The notes under the pieces: model-generated
What the model saw: only the letters and a program-made list of their open reading frames with translations
Database searches by the model: none
Told to the model about the DNA's origin: nothing
Shown: positions 19,964-30,002 of the stretch, piece by piece
Numbering within the stretch: position 1 is the stretch's first letter
Layout: the number at the start of each line of letters is the position of its first letter
Position numbers and translations under genes: made by a program
NCBI RefSeq assembly: GCF_017348835.2
Contig: NZ_CP072315.1
From: Escherichia coli
Lineage (GTDB): Bacteria; Pseudomonadota; Gammaproteobacteria; Enterobacterales; Enterobacteriaceae
Length of the DNA: 64,000 nt
Reading direction: 5' to 3' (one strand)

Positions 19964-20374
19964 ATGGCTATTTTAGCAATCATTGCAGTTATCGCCCTGG
20001 GTGGGTACGCCTACGGATTTATTAAAACCCGTGAGCTGAGCGCTTTGCGTAAAGAAATGAAACTATACGTGGATCGCATGGAAGCGGCGGAGCTGGACTT
20101 ACACGCAATCAGAAGTGTAGCGGAGCACCGGTTGCACGGTGCAGGTAAACAGTTTGCCGACCTTTACAGCCGTATCGACGGTGCAACTGTGACGCTGACA
20201 CCCGAAGATCAGCTGTTACTGGCAACGATGCCATTTAATATTCAGGATGTAGAAGACATCGTAAACGAGCGCGGTCCAAAGACAATTAGCGGCCGTCCAT
20301 TCTGGGAAGTTGAGCCAGGCCCGCATGATTATGAATATGGCCCGCAATATCCGTATTTCCCAGACCAGCGCTAG
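19964..20374 (+). CDS. Hypothetical membrane-anchored protein
   Basis: 136-aa ORF with N-terminal hydrophobic helix; ends 12 nt before the HNH gene. Confidence 0.45.
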   Translation: MAILAIIAVIALGGYAYGFIKTRELSALRKEMKLYVDRMEAAELDLHAIRSVAEHRLHGAGKQFADLYSRIDGATVTLTPEDQLLLATMPFNIQDVEDIVNERGPKTISGRPFWEVEPGPHDYEYGPQYPYFPDQR

Positions 20375-20386
20375 GAAGAGATCAAG

Positions 20387-21202
20387 ATGAGAGAGCCAAG
20401 ACCACGCCATACCTTGCAGGTCATTCGTGTACCTTCTCTGGAGGTTCAGGACCTGGGGCTGACCAGCTTTGATAGCTGGCTTGACGAGCACGGGTATGAC
20501 AAAACGAATGCCAGAAATAACCGTACCATCTGGGCGAGAGAAGGCGGATGGCATCTGAAACGTTGCAGAAATCTTGAAACTGGCACGGACGATTTCTGGT
20601 TTATCGCTTTCGATGGTAAAGGCGGGAAGATTTACCCGCTGAAAACCCAAAGAGACTACCGGGCTGCATATCGTAAGCTGGAAGCAGAAGGTTATGCGCC
20701 TGCGGTCATCGAGCAAATGACCACAGGCGCAGCATATAACCTGGCCTATCCACGTTCCATCCTAAAACAAGCTGAGACGGCCACCAGCGAGCCAATTCGG
20801 AAACCTGACGTAGATATCCAGGGTGAGCACTGCGAGCGCGTAGTGACGCAACGTAGTGGCGTGGCACAGGGTAAATTCAAAGCTCTGCTCATCGAGAATT
20901 TCGCAGGCCGTTGTGCGGTAACCGGTTGGGTTAATGGAGGTGTCCTGGATGCGGCACACATTGAACATGGAACCCGGTACAATCCGTCTAATGGCATCCT
21001 GATGACTCCAACAATGCATGCGCTGTTTGATGCCGATCTTATGGGCATAGATCCGGCCACCCTGACCGTTCATTTTAAGCCAGGCATTGAGGTGGGCGAG
21101 CTGTTTGAAGGCCGTAAAATCACACCGCTGGTGTACGATCTGGACTTAGAGCGGCTGGCCGTACGCTGGGCAGAATACCAGGGCCTTGCTCAGGACCAAT
21201 GA
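20387..21202 (+). CDS. HNH-family endonuclease
   Basis: 271-aa ORF with HNH-like C-terminal motif (CAVTGW ... LDAAHI ... NGILMTPTMHALFD). Confidence 0.65.
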   Translation: MREPRPRHTLQVIRVPSLEVQDLGLTSFDSWLDEHGYDKTNARNNRTIWAREGGWHLKRCRNLETGTDDFWFIAFDGKGGKIYPLKTQRDYRAAYRKLEAEGYAPAVIEQMTTGAAYNLAYPRSILKQAETATSEPIRKPDVDIQGEHCERVVTQRSGVAQGKFKALLIENFAGRCAVTGWVNGGVLDAAHIEHGTRYNPSNGILMTPTMHALFDADLMGIDPATLTVHFKPGIEVGELFEGRKITPLVYDLDLERLAVRWAEYQGLAQDQ

Positions 21203-21485
21203 AGGGTGACAGCCAGGTTGTGCCTAAACCTGGCAGTAAAACCTGCATGCCACAAACCTTTAAATTCTGACTCAAGAGCCTGGCACAAGATAAAAGCGAA
21301 ATGAAAAGGTTAAAACCGGTGCACCAGACCTCTTAGGTTTAATACCTGAGCCAGTATACTGGCAGTCTCAGGTAAGTGGGTATCATACACTTCAGAAATA
21401 TCCACACCGAGATAACCGCAACAGTTAAAGGGTGATGCTGCCAACTTACTGATTTAGTGTATGATGGTGTTTTTGAGGTGCTCCA

Positions 21486-21761
21486 GTGGCTTCTGTTTCT
21501 ATCAGCTGTCCCTCCTGTTCAGCTACTGACGGGGTGGTGCGTAACGGCAAAAGCACCGCCGGACATCAGCGCTATCTCTGCTCTCACTGCCGTAAAACAT
21601 GGCAACTGCAGTTCACTTACACCGCTTCTCAACCCGGTACGCACCAGAAAATCATTGATATGGCCATGAATGGCGTTGGATGCCGGGCAACCGCCCGCAT
21701 TATGGGCGTTGGCCTCAACACGATTTTCCGCCATTTAAAAAACTCAGGCCGCAGTCGGTAA
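21486..21761 (+). CDS. insA: IS1 InsA
   Basis: 91-aa [40 protein letters not shown]... Confidence 0.9.
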   Translation: MASVSISCPSCSATDGVVRNGKSTAGHQRYLCSHCRKTWQLQFTYTASQPGTHQKIIDMAMNGVGCRATARIMGVGLNTIFRHLKNSGRSR

Positions 21762-22183
21762 CCTCGCGCATACAGCCGGGCAGTGACGTCATCGTCTGCG
21801 CGGAAATGGACGAACAGTGGGGATACGTCGGGGCTAAATCGCGCCAGCGCTGGCTGTTTTACGCGTATGACAGGCTCCGGAAGACGGTTGTTGCGCACGT
21901 ATTCGGTGAACGCACTATGGCGACGCTGGGGCGTCTTATGAGCCTGCTGTCACCCTTTGACGTGGTGATATGGATGACGGATGGCTGGCCGCTGTATGAA
22001 TCCCGCCTGAAGGGAAAGCTGCACGTAATCAGCAAGCGATATACGCAGCGAATTGAGCGGCATAACCTGAATCTGAGGCAGCACCTGGCACGGCTGGGAC
22101 GGAAGTCGCTGTCGTTCTCAAAATCGGTGGAGCTGCATGACAAAGTCATCGGGCATTATCTGAACATAAAACACTATCAATAA
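21680..22183 (+). CDS. insB: IS1 InsB (expressed as an InsAB' frameshift fusion)
   Basis: 167-aa ORF overlapping insA in the -1 frame. Confidence 0.85.
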   Translation: MPGNRPHYGRWPQHDFPPFKKLRPQSVTSRIQPGSDVIVCAEMDEQWGYVGAKSRQRWLFYAYDRLRKTVVAHVFGERTMATLGRLMSLLSPFDVVIWMTDGWPLYESRLKGKLHVISKRYTQRIERHNLNLRQHLARLGRKSLSFSKSVELHDKVIGHYLNIKHYQ

Positions 22184-22226
22184 GTTGGAGTCATTACCGG
22201 AGAATTGTATCATTAACAGTCTAGTT

Positions 22227-22892
22227 CTAACGACTACCACTTTTAAGTATGTATTGAGCCAGTTTTATATTCAGGCACACCATATTGCACTCTAGCTCTT
22301 TCATCATTCTTGAAGAACTCTTAATTAAGTATTCTTCAAGTGGGCCAGCATATGCCCCTGATGTCACGATCGTTAGTTGCGTAAGAGGATGAGTCAAACT
22401 CTCAATGCCCTTCAGGATGTCATTCTGGACAGCAGCAATATAAACAGGCGAAGCCGCAATCAAATATTCATCATTCGGGCTGGACTGCATTAACTGGCTT
22501 ATAGTTGCGCAACGGTTATGCTTACCTAGTGATTTTGTGATGGCTTTCCACCAGAGATCATGCCTGAATGGTACTTGATGAAATGTCGCCTCGTAAGAGG
22601 GCACCCGATCTCGACTATTTAAAAACCCCATCCCGGCAGAGATTATCCACAACTCCAGATTTCTGGTTGAGTTTAAAATTTCCTTTGCCGTAGACCAGTG
22701 ATTACCTGAATACAAGGACAATGCCGGTACCGCCTGATTACTTCTGGCGTCGTCTACAATGTTACTCCAGGCATATGCTGCGTCGTCCGGGGTTTGTTTT
22801 GGATCTATGTCCAATGTCGGCCAGACGTGGCCCTGATGATTCTTGCCCTTTGTACAGGAAGTGATTAAGTGTACTGAGCGTTCAGAGAACAT
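22227..22892 (-). CDS. Hypothetical protein
   Basis: 221-aa ORF, second gene of a two-gene minus-strand unit. Confidence 0.45.
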   Translation of the reverse strand: MFSERSVHLITSCTKGKNHQGHVWPTLDIDPKQTPDDAAYAWSNIVDDARSNQAVPALSLYSGNHWSTAKEILNSTRNLELWIISAGMGFLNSRDRVPSYEATFHQVPFRHDLWWKAITKSLGKHNRCATISQLMQSSPNDEYLIAASPVYIAAVQNDILKGIESLTHPLTQLTIVTSGAYAGPLEEYLIKSSSRMMKELECNMVCLNIKLAQYILKSGSR

Positions 22893-22949
22893 TATCTTCC
22901 TTACATACCCATAGAACAGCTTTCTAAGAACGGTGGGCTCGCCTGAAAA

Positions 22950-23330
22950 TTACAAATCAGCCCCTTTCACGGCATCATTTTGATTCTTCGCGTCTGCCCC
23001 CAGTAAGATGACCGGTTTTCTGCATGACAGTGTTATTCCTAACAAACGCAACACAAAACCACGCCAGCCAGAGCAAATTTTTTCATTTGCTGCGTAAAGC
23101 CTATTGTTTTCTCTTTTAAGCTTCGCCCACTCGTTACAGAGGGTAACATCATCAAGCGCTGTTATATGCTTCGCCTCACCTTCGACGATAACGGTATGGA
23201 TACCGTATGCTGTAAATCTCATACTATTTTCCAGAACCCAGTTGCGGTATTCGTCGAGTCCACCTTCGGAACCGGTAGCTCTGCGCCACATTTCAATTTG
23301 CTTGTGTGATGGGTCAAGTGTACTTGTCAT
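22950..23330 (-). CDS. Hypothetical protein
   Basis: 126-aa ORF, first gene of the unit, downstream of a palindrome-rich leader. Confidence 0.45.
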   Translation of the reverse strand: MTSTLDPSHKQIEMWRRATGSEGGLDEYRNWVLENSMRFTAYGIHTVIVEGEAKHITALDDVTLCNEWAKLKRENNRLYAANEKICSGWRGFVLRLLGITLSCRKPVILLGADAKNQNDAVKGADL

Positions 23331-23972
23331 TGAAGCCTCGTCTCAGCGATAACGCTTGAAATAGCCCGCTTTGGTCATCATGAAATTAGCCATCTGACTG
23401 GCGATTTGATTGTATCTTACTCATAGTGCCCTACCTATAGGTTAAAAAGGGGCATTTTCGCTTTATAGCGTGTTCAGCAGCATCAATCCTCCCAAGAAAG
23501 GCTGGCTTATTAAGCCGGTCCATCATTTTCTGTATATCTCTCATCAATTTTTATATCCGCCCTGGAGTGCACCGTTCAAGCACACCGATTAGGCAGATAG
23601 TCACTAGTTAACTCTTTACTAGTGACTAAATTCCATTGATATACGTGACAACGTCACGTCATGAAAGCTTATAAATGCCTATTTTTCATACAATGGGATT
23701 TAATTAGGAGTAAATCCCATAGGCTTACATAAGGATGACAATTAAAAGCGTTAAATATCAACCAGATAGAATGATTACCCCCAATTAATGGGCTCATCAC
23801 ATTATTTCACTGGCTGGGGTTATTGCTGGCATATCTGAAAGTGCTAATATGTTAGTCATTAGTAATTAGTAAAGCCTTTACTAAACGCGTTTCTACGTAA
23901 ATTCTATAGGTTTTATAGTGTCCTACCTTTGCTCAAATCAAAATGTTCTGACATACCAAAATGGAGTGTAAA

Positions 23973-24791
23973 ATGACTCAAAACCAGGGTTCTGAGCCAG
24001 TACCGGCGAGCCGGACAGGGCAGCTCATCAGCGCCCGGGATATGGCCATGCAGAAATTCGAAGAAGGGATGCGGTTAATCTCGGAAGCGTCGGAACTGTG
24101 CGGTCTCTCTCTCTTCACCAGCAGAATTATGCAGCCCAACGCATTTGGTCTTCCGTCGTCACTGGATCGCACCATCGAGGAGGGGCGTAAGGAAATTGAC
24201 CGTAAAACGTGGAAAAGGCTCTTTGAAGAAACAGGTATGGACCGGTACTGGAACCATAAGCAAAAAGAAGCCTTTAACGAATCCCTTCGTACGGATCCGC
24301 CCGTCGCTTCCCTGGAGATTGTTAAGGGAACATTACAGCATGCACTGGCTAACAGACGAGACACCCTTGCAGAAGGTTTCGTTGATGTTCTCAACAAGCT
24401 TGACCGAAGTTTCAAAAGCAATGCCAGGCAATATACAATGCCAAAAAAGCTTGTTCTTCGGGGGATTTTTCCTGGTGTGAACGTGCTGAGGTACAACGGT
24501 TTCTCGCAGGACAATCACTTTTGTTTACGCGACTTTGAGAATATTGTATGCATCTGTTCTGATACTCCAACACCTGCAACCGGCGGTGGGCTGAGTATGG
24601 TCGACAGGCTGACGGCCATGAGAAATACAGAATTCACAGGCGAGGTCAGTGATGAGAATGGCTGGCGGTGTCGCCTGTTTGAGAATGGAAACGTTCATAT
24701 TTGCATCGACAGTATCTCGCTTCTGAATGCTCTGAACGATCTTATCAGCATATATTTTGCAAACCAGCTTCCGGCCGCAGGAAAAAAATGA
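23973..24791 (+). CDS. Hypothetical protein
   Basis: ATG at 23973 has a GGAGTG ribosome-binding site (track ORF starts at 23961); stop overlaps the next gene's start (ATGA at 24788-24791). Confidence 0.5.
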   Translation: MTQNQGSEPVPASRTGQLISARDMAMQKFEEGMRLISEASELCGLSLFTSRIMQPNAFGLPSSLDRTIEEGRKEIDRKTWKRLFEETGMDRYWNHKQKEAFNESLRTDPPVASLEIVKGTLQHALANRRDTLAEGFVDVLNKLDRSFKSNARQYTMPKKLVLRGIFPGVNVLRYNGFSQDNHFCLRDFENIVCICSDTPTPATGGGLSMVDRLTAMRNTEFTGEVSDENGWRCRLFENGNVHICIDSISLLNALNDLISIYFANQLPAAGKK

Positions 24792-25993
24792 TGATTGAAA
24801 ATGATAAAGAAAAAAGCCTGAACGATGCTACCCCGCCAGAGGTGCAGAATGACATCCGCAGCGAATCCACTGAAAAATCAAAGGAAATGGGTCGTTCAAG
24901 GTACTCATCTATCGCGATGATCGATTACTTCAATGCAATCGAACGTCTGTGCAAAGAGAAAGAAATTAACCCGGAAAATATCGATCTGAGCTTCAAAGTT
25001 CACTGGCTCAGAAACGCTGTTGGCGGCTCGTTTGCAAGGTCACAGGAGATGTTCGCGGAGTACCAGAAGTATGTTAAAGAGGTTCCTGAAGAGGCCCGTT
25101 ACCTGGATATACCCGATGAGGTAAAGGTTGCACTCGGCGATATTATCTCGTACATCACCTGGCACTACCGTAGAAGCTATACCGCAATACAGAATGATAG
25201 TGTTAAAAAAGCTGAAGCACGTAGCATGCAGCTGGAGGAGGAGGTAACGCAGCTGTTACAGCGGCTTGAGCAAAGCGCTACCGATATGGATGAGCTGAAA
25301 CTTGAGAATCAGGCACTACAGGGTCGATTAGAGATCCGGGACAGTACCGTCAAGGAGTTAGAAACAAGGCTGAATGTTGCCGAAGCAGAACTCGAAACCT
25401 GCCATCACCAGTTAGATAGCACACGGCATGAATTGAGCCTCGCACAGCAGTCAAATGACTCACTCTCCCAGCAACTGGCTGAACGTAAAACAGAGATCGC
25501 TGGTCACCTTGAATATCAAAAAAAGCTGAACGAAGAGATCAACACGCAGCGTTCTGATAACGCCGGTCTTTCCAGACAATGCGACCAGTTAAGTCAGACT
25601 GTGTCAGATACAAAGGCAGAGAGGGACAGGTTTGAACAGGAATTGATTGCTGCACAGAACCTTTGTACTGAGCTGAAAAGTGCACTGTCCGGGAAAGAGG
25701 GTGACCTGGTGGCGGTGAATGCCGAGCTTACTGAACTCCATAAACTAAACGAGTCGCTGAGCGCCGACCTGAATAAAGTAACTTTGGTCAGCCAGGGCTA
25801 TGAAGCGGAAGTGGCTGAACAAAGCAATGAACTCAAAACGCTCCAGGCCAAAGTAATGAAGCTGGAAGCTACCCTGGAGGCGGAGAAAACAATCTCAGAA
25901 TCCCTAAAAGGCACCATTGATACATTAACTGGTGCAATGGCAGGGGGAGGTACTGGAAAGTCAAAACAGCCGCGTAGCAGAAAAACATCATGA
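24788..25993 (+). CDS. Coiled-coil protein (KfrA-like architecture suspected)
   Basis: About 401 aa from ATG 24788; about 150-aa N-terminal domain then a long heptad-rich Glu/Leu/Gln/Lys helical region. Confidence 0.5.
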   Translation: MMIENDKEKSLNDATPPEVQNDIRSESTEKSKEMGRSRYSSIAMIDYFNAIERLCKEKEINPENIDLSFKVHWLRNAVGGSFARSQEMFAEYQKYVKEVPEEARYLDIPDEVKVALGDIISYITWHYRRSYTAIQNDSVKKAEARSMQLEEEVTQLLQRLEQSATDMDELKLENQALQGRLEIRDSTVKELETRLNVAEAELETCHHQLDSTRHELSLAQQSNDSLSQQLAERKTEIAGHLEYQKKLNEEINTQRSDNAGLSRQCDQLSQTVSDTKAERDRFEQELIAAQNLCTELKSALSGKEGDLVAVNAELTELHKLNESLSADLNKVTLVSQGYEAEVAEQSNELKTLQAKVMKLEATLEAEKTISESLKGTIDTLTGAMAGGGTGKSKQPRSRKTS

Positions 25994-26056
25994 TAAATGA
26001 AGCCAGGTTGATACACTTCTCTGCATCCCCTGGCACATAAGAACTTCTGCGGACAT

Positions 26057-26260
26057 TCAGCCCGTCCGCAGGAGTTTTCGTCCTTCAGTCAACAAATGCA
26101 CTACCTTTTTTGAGTCTCCACTTTCCAGAGCAGAAAACACGTTACCGATTCTACCAACAGCTTGTATCTGAGTGATAACCCCAGTCTTGTAATCATCTAG
26201 GATCCCTGACAGGAAAGCGTTCAGTTTTGTCTGTTCGCTTAGCGAAAGCATGTAGGACAT
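26057..26260 (-). CDS. Hypothetical small protein
   Basis: 67-aa ORF immediately downstream of the 439-aa gene. Confidence 0.35.
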   Translation of the reverse strand: MSYMLSLSEQTKLNAFLSGILDDYKTGVITQIQAVGRIGNVFSALESGDSKKVVHLLTEGRKLLRTG

Positions 26261-26272
26261 TTTTTCTCCATT

Positions 26273-27592
26273 TTAAGCAGGTGTGTCAGTTGAAAGAGGT
26301 TTGCGTGATTCTGGAAAATGAGGCAGCACCATAGTTTCAGATGCTGTGGTCGCATCCCAGTGCCACCATCCATAAGGCCCATATTCACGGTTGTAATAAT
26401 CTTTTTTGAGTTGCTTTCGGGCCAGATAAGCAGGAGTGGCCATACCAAATACTTCCATCGGGAACGGCTTATCGCTTTTTGTGTCGAGCAGGTAGAAGTC
26501 AGGGAACACCTCACTAATACTCGCATCATAACGCATGGGCTTAACGTACTGCCGGTGCTCTGCATCCAGCTTTTCTGCAACAACCGCCTCATAGGAGGAG
26601 TCCAGAGGTATCCAGTTCTCGCTAACGTGCATCAGCACAATTTGATGAGCTCTTACAGAAGGGCCTCTGCCGGTTACCACAGCTGGTGACGTCAACGCAA
26701 AGACAACTATTTTCGCCCCGGATTTCCATGCTGCGTACTCCGATGAAAATCGTTTCTTTACGCTATCCCAATGGACTTCTGAATTGAAAAAAATCAGCGG
26801 TAGCCCCCCAAAATTCCGCAGGGGTAAAAATTTAAGTGGCTTCTCATGCTTTTCAGCATCGTAGCGAGGTAAAACTGACAGGAGCATGAGACGTTTATCA
26901 CTCATCGCCTGTGATGAAAGACGCTGAATTTGCGACTGAGCGACAGGTTGTTTCGGGTCAGGTACACCAATGAATAAATGGTCACCTATGCAGGCTCTGC
27001 CGGTACGAATTTGTTTAGCGGTTTCAAGCAGACGATACCGTACCAGTGAATCGTTACGTTTCCCTGCCATTTTCGGGTACCAGACATTCAGACCAGACTC
27101 TGTCCACAAAAGACTAAGCAAGCCCAGGAGGGTCATTGAGGCCTGACCTCCTTCTGGTCGCTGAACATGGGGCAGGGGAGGCACTTCTGATTTTTCAGGA
27201 GGATCTTTCTCTGTCATACCGATACCGAGCCTTACAGCCATATCACCTTCGGTTGTAATCCGGACCACACCACTCGCATATCCTTTCAGGCCGGTATGCC
27301 GGGCATCAAGGGAGAAGAATACACAGGAAGGATCATGCTCAATGCCCGTGTTAGCGGCTTTGACGAGAATAAAGGCATCACCGTTCGGTAAAGCACGAAC
27401 ATAAAGTCGCTTTTCTCCTTTTCCACGACATCCGCAGGTGATGACTGATTTTTGACCTGAGGTGTGGTGTGCCTTTTTAAGAGCCGACTGCCACCCTTTA
27501 GCAAACTCATCCTGCGTTTGAAAGTCAGGTGAATACCTTTTGACGTTTGGATCGTCGTCGTAAGCAATCATCACTGCGAATTTTTGGCTCAT
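26273..27592 (-). CDS. Hypothetical 439-aa protein with Cys/His-rich N-terminal region
   Basis: Long ORF co-oriented with and downstream of the C5-methyltransferase gene; CGCRGKG and HDPSC motifs; no recognised catalytic signature. Confidence 0.55.
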   Translation of the reverse strand: MSQKFAVMIAYDDDPNVKRYSPDFQTQDEFAKGWQSALKKAHHTSGQKSVITCGCRGKGEKRLYVRALPNGDAFILVKAANTGIEHDPSCVFFSLDARHTGLKGYASGVVRITTEGDMAVRLGIGMTEKDPPEKSEVPPLPHVQRPEGGQASMTLLGLLSLLWTESGLNVWYPKMAGKRNDSLVRYRLLETAKQIRTGRACIGDHLFIGVPDPKQPVAQSQIQRLSSQAMSDKRLMLLSVLPRYDAEKHEKPLKFLPLRNFGGLPLIFFNSEVHWDSVKKRFSSEYAAWKSGAKIVVFALTSPAVVTGRGPSVRAHQIVLMHVSENWIPLDSSYEAVVAEKLDAEHRQYVKPMRYDASISEVFPDFYLLDTKSDKPFPMEVFGMATPAYLARKQLKKDYYNREYGPYGWWHWDATTASETMVLPHFPESRKPLSTDTPA

Positions 27593-27616
27593 AGTAGTCT
27601 CCTAAACAGGAAGTTT

Positions 27617-27784
27617 AATATCCCAACCAGAGCAACACTTCCTGAGCGTCATACTGTTCCTTTACGCCCATGTCGCTAAAGAATTCTTCGAAATCTGTTT
27701 CGGGAACGCAATGCCTGGACAGTTCTTGTAATGCTCGTTCTTTAGATACCGTCTCACCTTCAGCTGATTCGAAATACGTCATGG
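27617..27784 (-). CDS. Hypothetical 55-aa acidic protein
   Basis: ATG at 27784; MTYFESAEGETVSKERALQELSRHCVPETDFEEFFSDMGVKEQYDAQEVLLWLGY; lies between the methyltransferase and the 439-aa gene; not in the ORF track (below 60 aa). Confidence 0.3.
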
Positions 27785-27842
27785 TTGACCTCTGACATTA
27801 TTACAACAATCTTAAGCATTTAAATTGATGAAGGAGCTCAGG

Positions 27843-29270
27843 TCAGCTGACTTCGTCGTAAAACTGCCGCAAGCGCTGGGAGGCTGCAAATTCAATTCGT
27901 GACTTCAGCAGTTTGGCGACGGCCGCAAAGACATCAACGACCACGGAGTTCCCAAACTGTCTGTAAGCCTGTGTATTGGACACAGGGATACGGAAAACAC
28001 TTTCCCCGGGTTTATCGAAGCCCATTAGCCTGCTGCATTCACGTGGCGTTAGCATGCGTGGCCGACGGTCCATGTTGTATGTGTTATGGAAATCAGTTTC
28101 TCCCAGTTCATGAGACCAGCCCCGATCAATAAGAATTTCAGATCCGTCTTTCATATAGCGGCTTGAGAGGGTTCTGGTGACACTATTAACATTGGAAGGA
28201 TCTACTAGTCCAAAACCAAAACCATTGCCTTTTGCCGCATGTTTCTTTGCATAGTTGTATAAGTACTCCCAGAGTTTAGGGGAGAGGATGTATTTACTAT
28301 CTACGCTCGGATCCAGTAAATCTGAGAGAGAAGGGCGCTTGTCCGGATAAAAGTCTTTAATGTCTCTCAGAGTAAAACCGTCTTTCAGACGTAGGTCGCG
28401 GCGAAAACCAATAAGGACGATACGTTCACGGTGCTGGGGTCGGAAATGACGGCCATCGATGACTTTAGGATCATCCGCGCCCGTGCTTTCGCTGTTTGCG
28501 ACGTCGTAGCCAAGCTCATCGAGCGTTTTCATGATGATGTTAAAGGTATTACCCTTATCGTGACTCTTCAGATTTTTTACGTTTTCCAGAACAAAAATTG
28601 CAGGTTGTTTTGCCCGGATGATCCTGGCCACATCAAAGAAGAGCGTACCCTGAGTGTCGCACTCGAAACCGTGTTTGCGACCCATAGAGTTCTTTTTACT
28701 GACACCGGCGATGCTGAATGGCTGGCATGGAAATCCCGCAAGAAGAACATCATGATCCGGGATAGAGGCATCGATAAATTTGTATGCCTCGTCATCAGTA
28801 ACCTCGGGCCGGTTGCTAAGAGTGATGTCACGGATGTCTGAATTGAAGCGGTGCTCGTTCTCATCGCAATACCAGTTCGCCCGGTAAGTACGGCTGGAAT
28901 AAGTATTCCATTCGCTCGTGAAAAGACATTTACCACCGATGGCATCAAATCCGCTTCGCAGTCCACCTATCCCTGCAAACAGATCGATAAAGCTAAAGTG
29001 CCTGTCCTCATAATCAGCAGGTCGTGAAGGTATTAAAGTCTGTAGATAGCGTCCATCTGCGATACTCAGCTCACAATGCTCAGGTATGCATGTAACCTGA
29101 CGTTTAAGGGATGCACGGGACCAATTACTGCCATTTTCATCATTTAATACCTGAGCCAGATATTTCAGGTCATAAATGGTCGAAGCTGTTAACAAAGTTT
29201 TGTGGATCAGAGATGGTGTTTTATCCACATCATTCAGGTCTGTCTCAAGATCATGAGTGTAACGTTTCAT
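27843..29270 (-). CDS. DNA (cytosine-5)-methyltransferase, Dcm-like
   Basis: C5-MTase motifs I ([10 protein letters not shown]), IV (GFPCQPFS), VI (ENV) and X (QFGNSV); likely ATG at 29270 (about 475 aa), alternative GTG at 29312. Confidence 0.85.
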   Translation of the reverse strand: MKRYTHDLETDLNDVDKTPSLIHKTLLTASTIYDLKYLAQVLNDENGSNWSRASLKRQVTCIPEHCELSIADGRYLQTLIPSRPADYEDRHFSFIDLFAGIGGLRSGFDAIGGKCLFTSEWNTYSSRTYRANWYCDENEHRFNSDIRDITLSNRPEVTDDEAYKFIDASIPDHDVLLAGFPCQPFSIAGVSKKNSMGRKHGFECDTQGTLFFDVARIIRAKQPAIFVLENVKNLKSHDKGNTFNIIMKTLDELGYDVANSESTGADDPKVIDGRHFRPQHRERIVLIGFRRDLRLKDGFTLRDIKDFYPDKRPSLSDLLDPSVDSKYILSPKLWEYLYNYAKKHAAKGNGFGFGLVDPSNVNSVTRTLSSRYMKDGSEILIDRGWSHELGETDFHNTYNMDRRPRMLTPRECSRLMGFDKPGESVFRIPVSNTQAYRQFGNSVVVDVFAAVAKLLKSRIEFAASQRLRQFYDEVS

Positions 29271-29481
29271 CCAAACTCTCTCAGGAATAATATCTTTGAG
29301 ATAGATTAACACGCTTAATTTGGATTATTTTTTGGTTCAGGTTCTAAATTTATTGTGATTATTCTGCCTTTAAGTTGCAAAAAGATTGGTTTTAAGCCCG
29401 CCCATGAAATAATGACTTGTTAAAATACTGCCTGTAAATAGGCTTGTGGATACATGTCTGTACTCAACAAATCAAGGTGAA

Positions 29482-30000
29482 ATGATGTTTTTTTTAACAA
29501 AGTTACTTTTGCCCATCATGATTGTTGTATTCCCAGTGGCGTCCTGGGGGAACTCAACAACTTTTGAGGCAAAGGTGGTTAAGATTGTTGACGGTGACAC
29601 CATAACTGCGTTGGATGCTCAAAACACAACCATCAAAATACGGATGTATGGTATAGACGCTCCTGAATCTAAACAGGCTTTTGGCCAAAAAGCAAAACAG
29701 GCCTTAACCACAGCTATAGCAACTAAAATCGTTACCGTGATAGACCATGGTACGGATATCTATGGCCGTATGTTAGGTACCATCTGGTTAGATGGATATG
29801 ATATCAATGCCTCTATGGTGGACAGTGGATATGCGTGGGTTTATCGGTTCGAAGATAACGCCATTGTCCCTGGCTATATCAAATATGAATCCGCAGCACA
29901 AAAGGAGGCAAAAGGGTTATGGGCAGACACCAACCCTGTCCCACCATGGCAGTGGAGACAGGCAAACGAAAAGCCCAGAAAGGTGAAAGAGAAGAAATAA
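29482..30000 (+). CDS. Secreted thermonuclease (staphylococcal nuclease-like) protein
   Basis: ATG at 29482 after an AAGGTGA ribosome-binding site; N-terminal signal-like helix; SNase-like motifs (GDTIT, IRMYGIDAPE, DxYGR, GLW). Confidence 0.7.
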   Translation: MMFFLTKLLLPIMIVVFPVASWGNSTTFEAKVVKIVDGDTITALDAQNTTIKIRMYGIDAPESKQAFGQKAKQALTTAIATKIVTVIDHGTDIYGRMLGTIWLDGYDINASMVDSGYAWVYRFEDNAIVPGYIKYESAAQKEAKGLWADTNPVPPWQWRQANEKPRKVKEKK

Positions 30001-30002
30001 CC

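Larger units (their letters stand above)
21431..22198 (+). mobile_element. IS1-family insertion sequence (768 bp)
   Basis: Terminal sequences GGTGATGCTGCCAACTTACTGAT ... CAATAAGTTGGAGTCATTACC and insA/insB reading frames; no 9-bp target duplication seen. Confidence 0.9.

Noticed and set aside
27899-28966. Antisense ORFs inside the methyltransferase gene (27899..28132, 28431..28841, 28577..28966)
   Set aside because: They are embedded in a gene with unambiguous C5-MTase motifs on the other strand.
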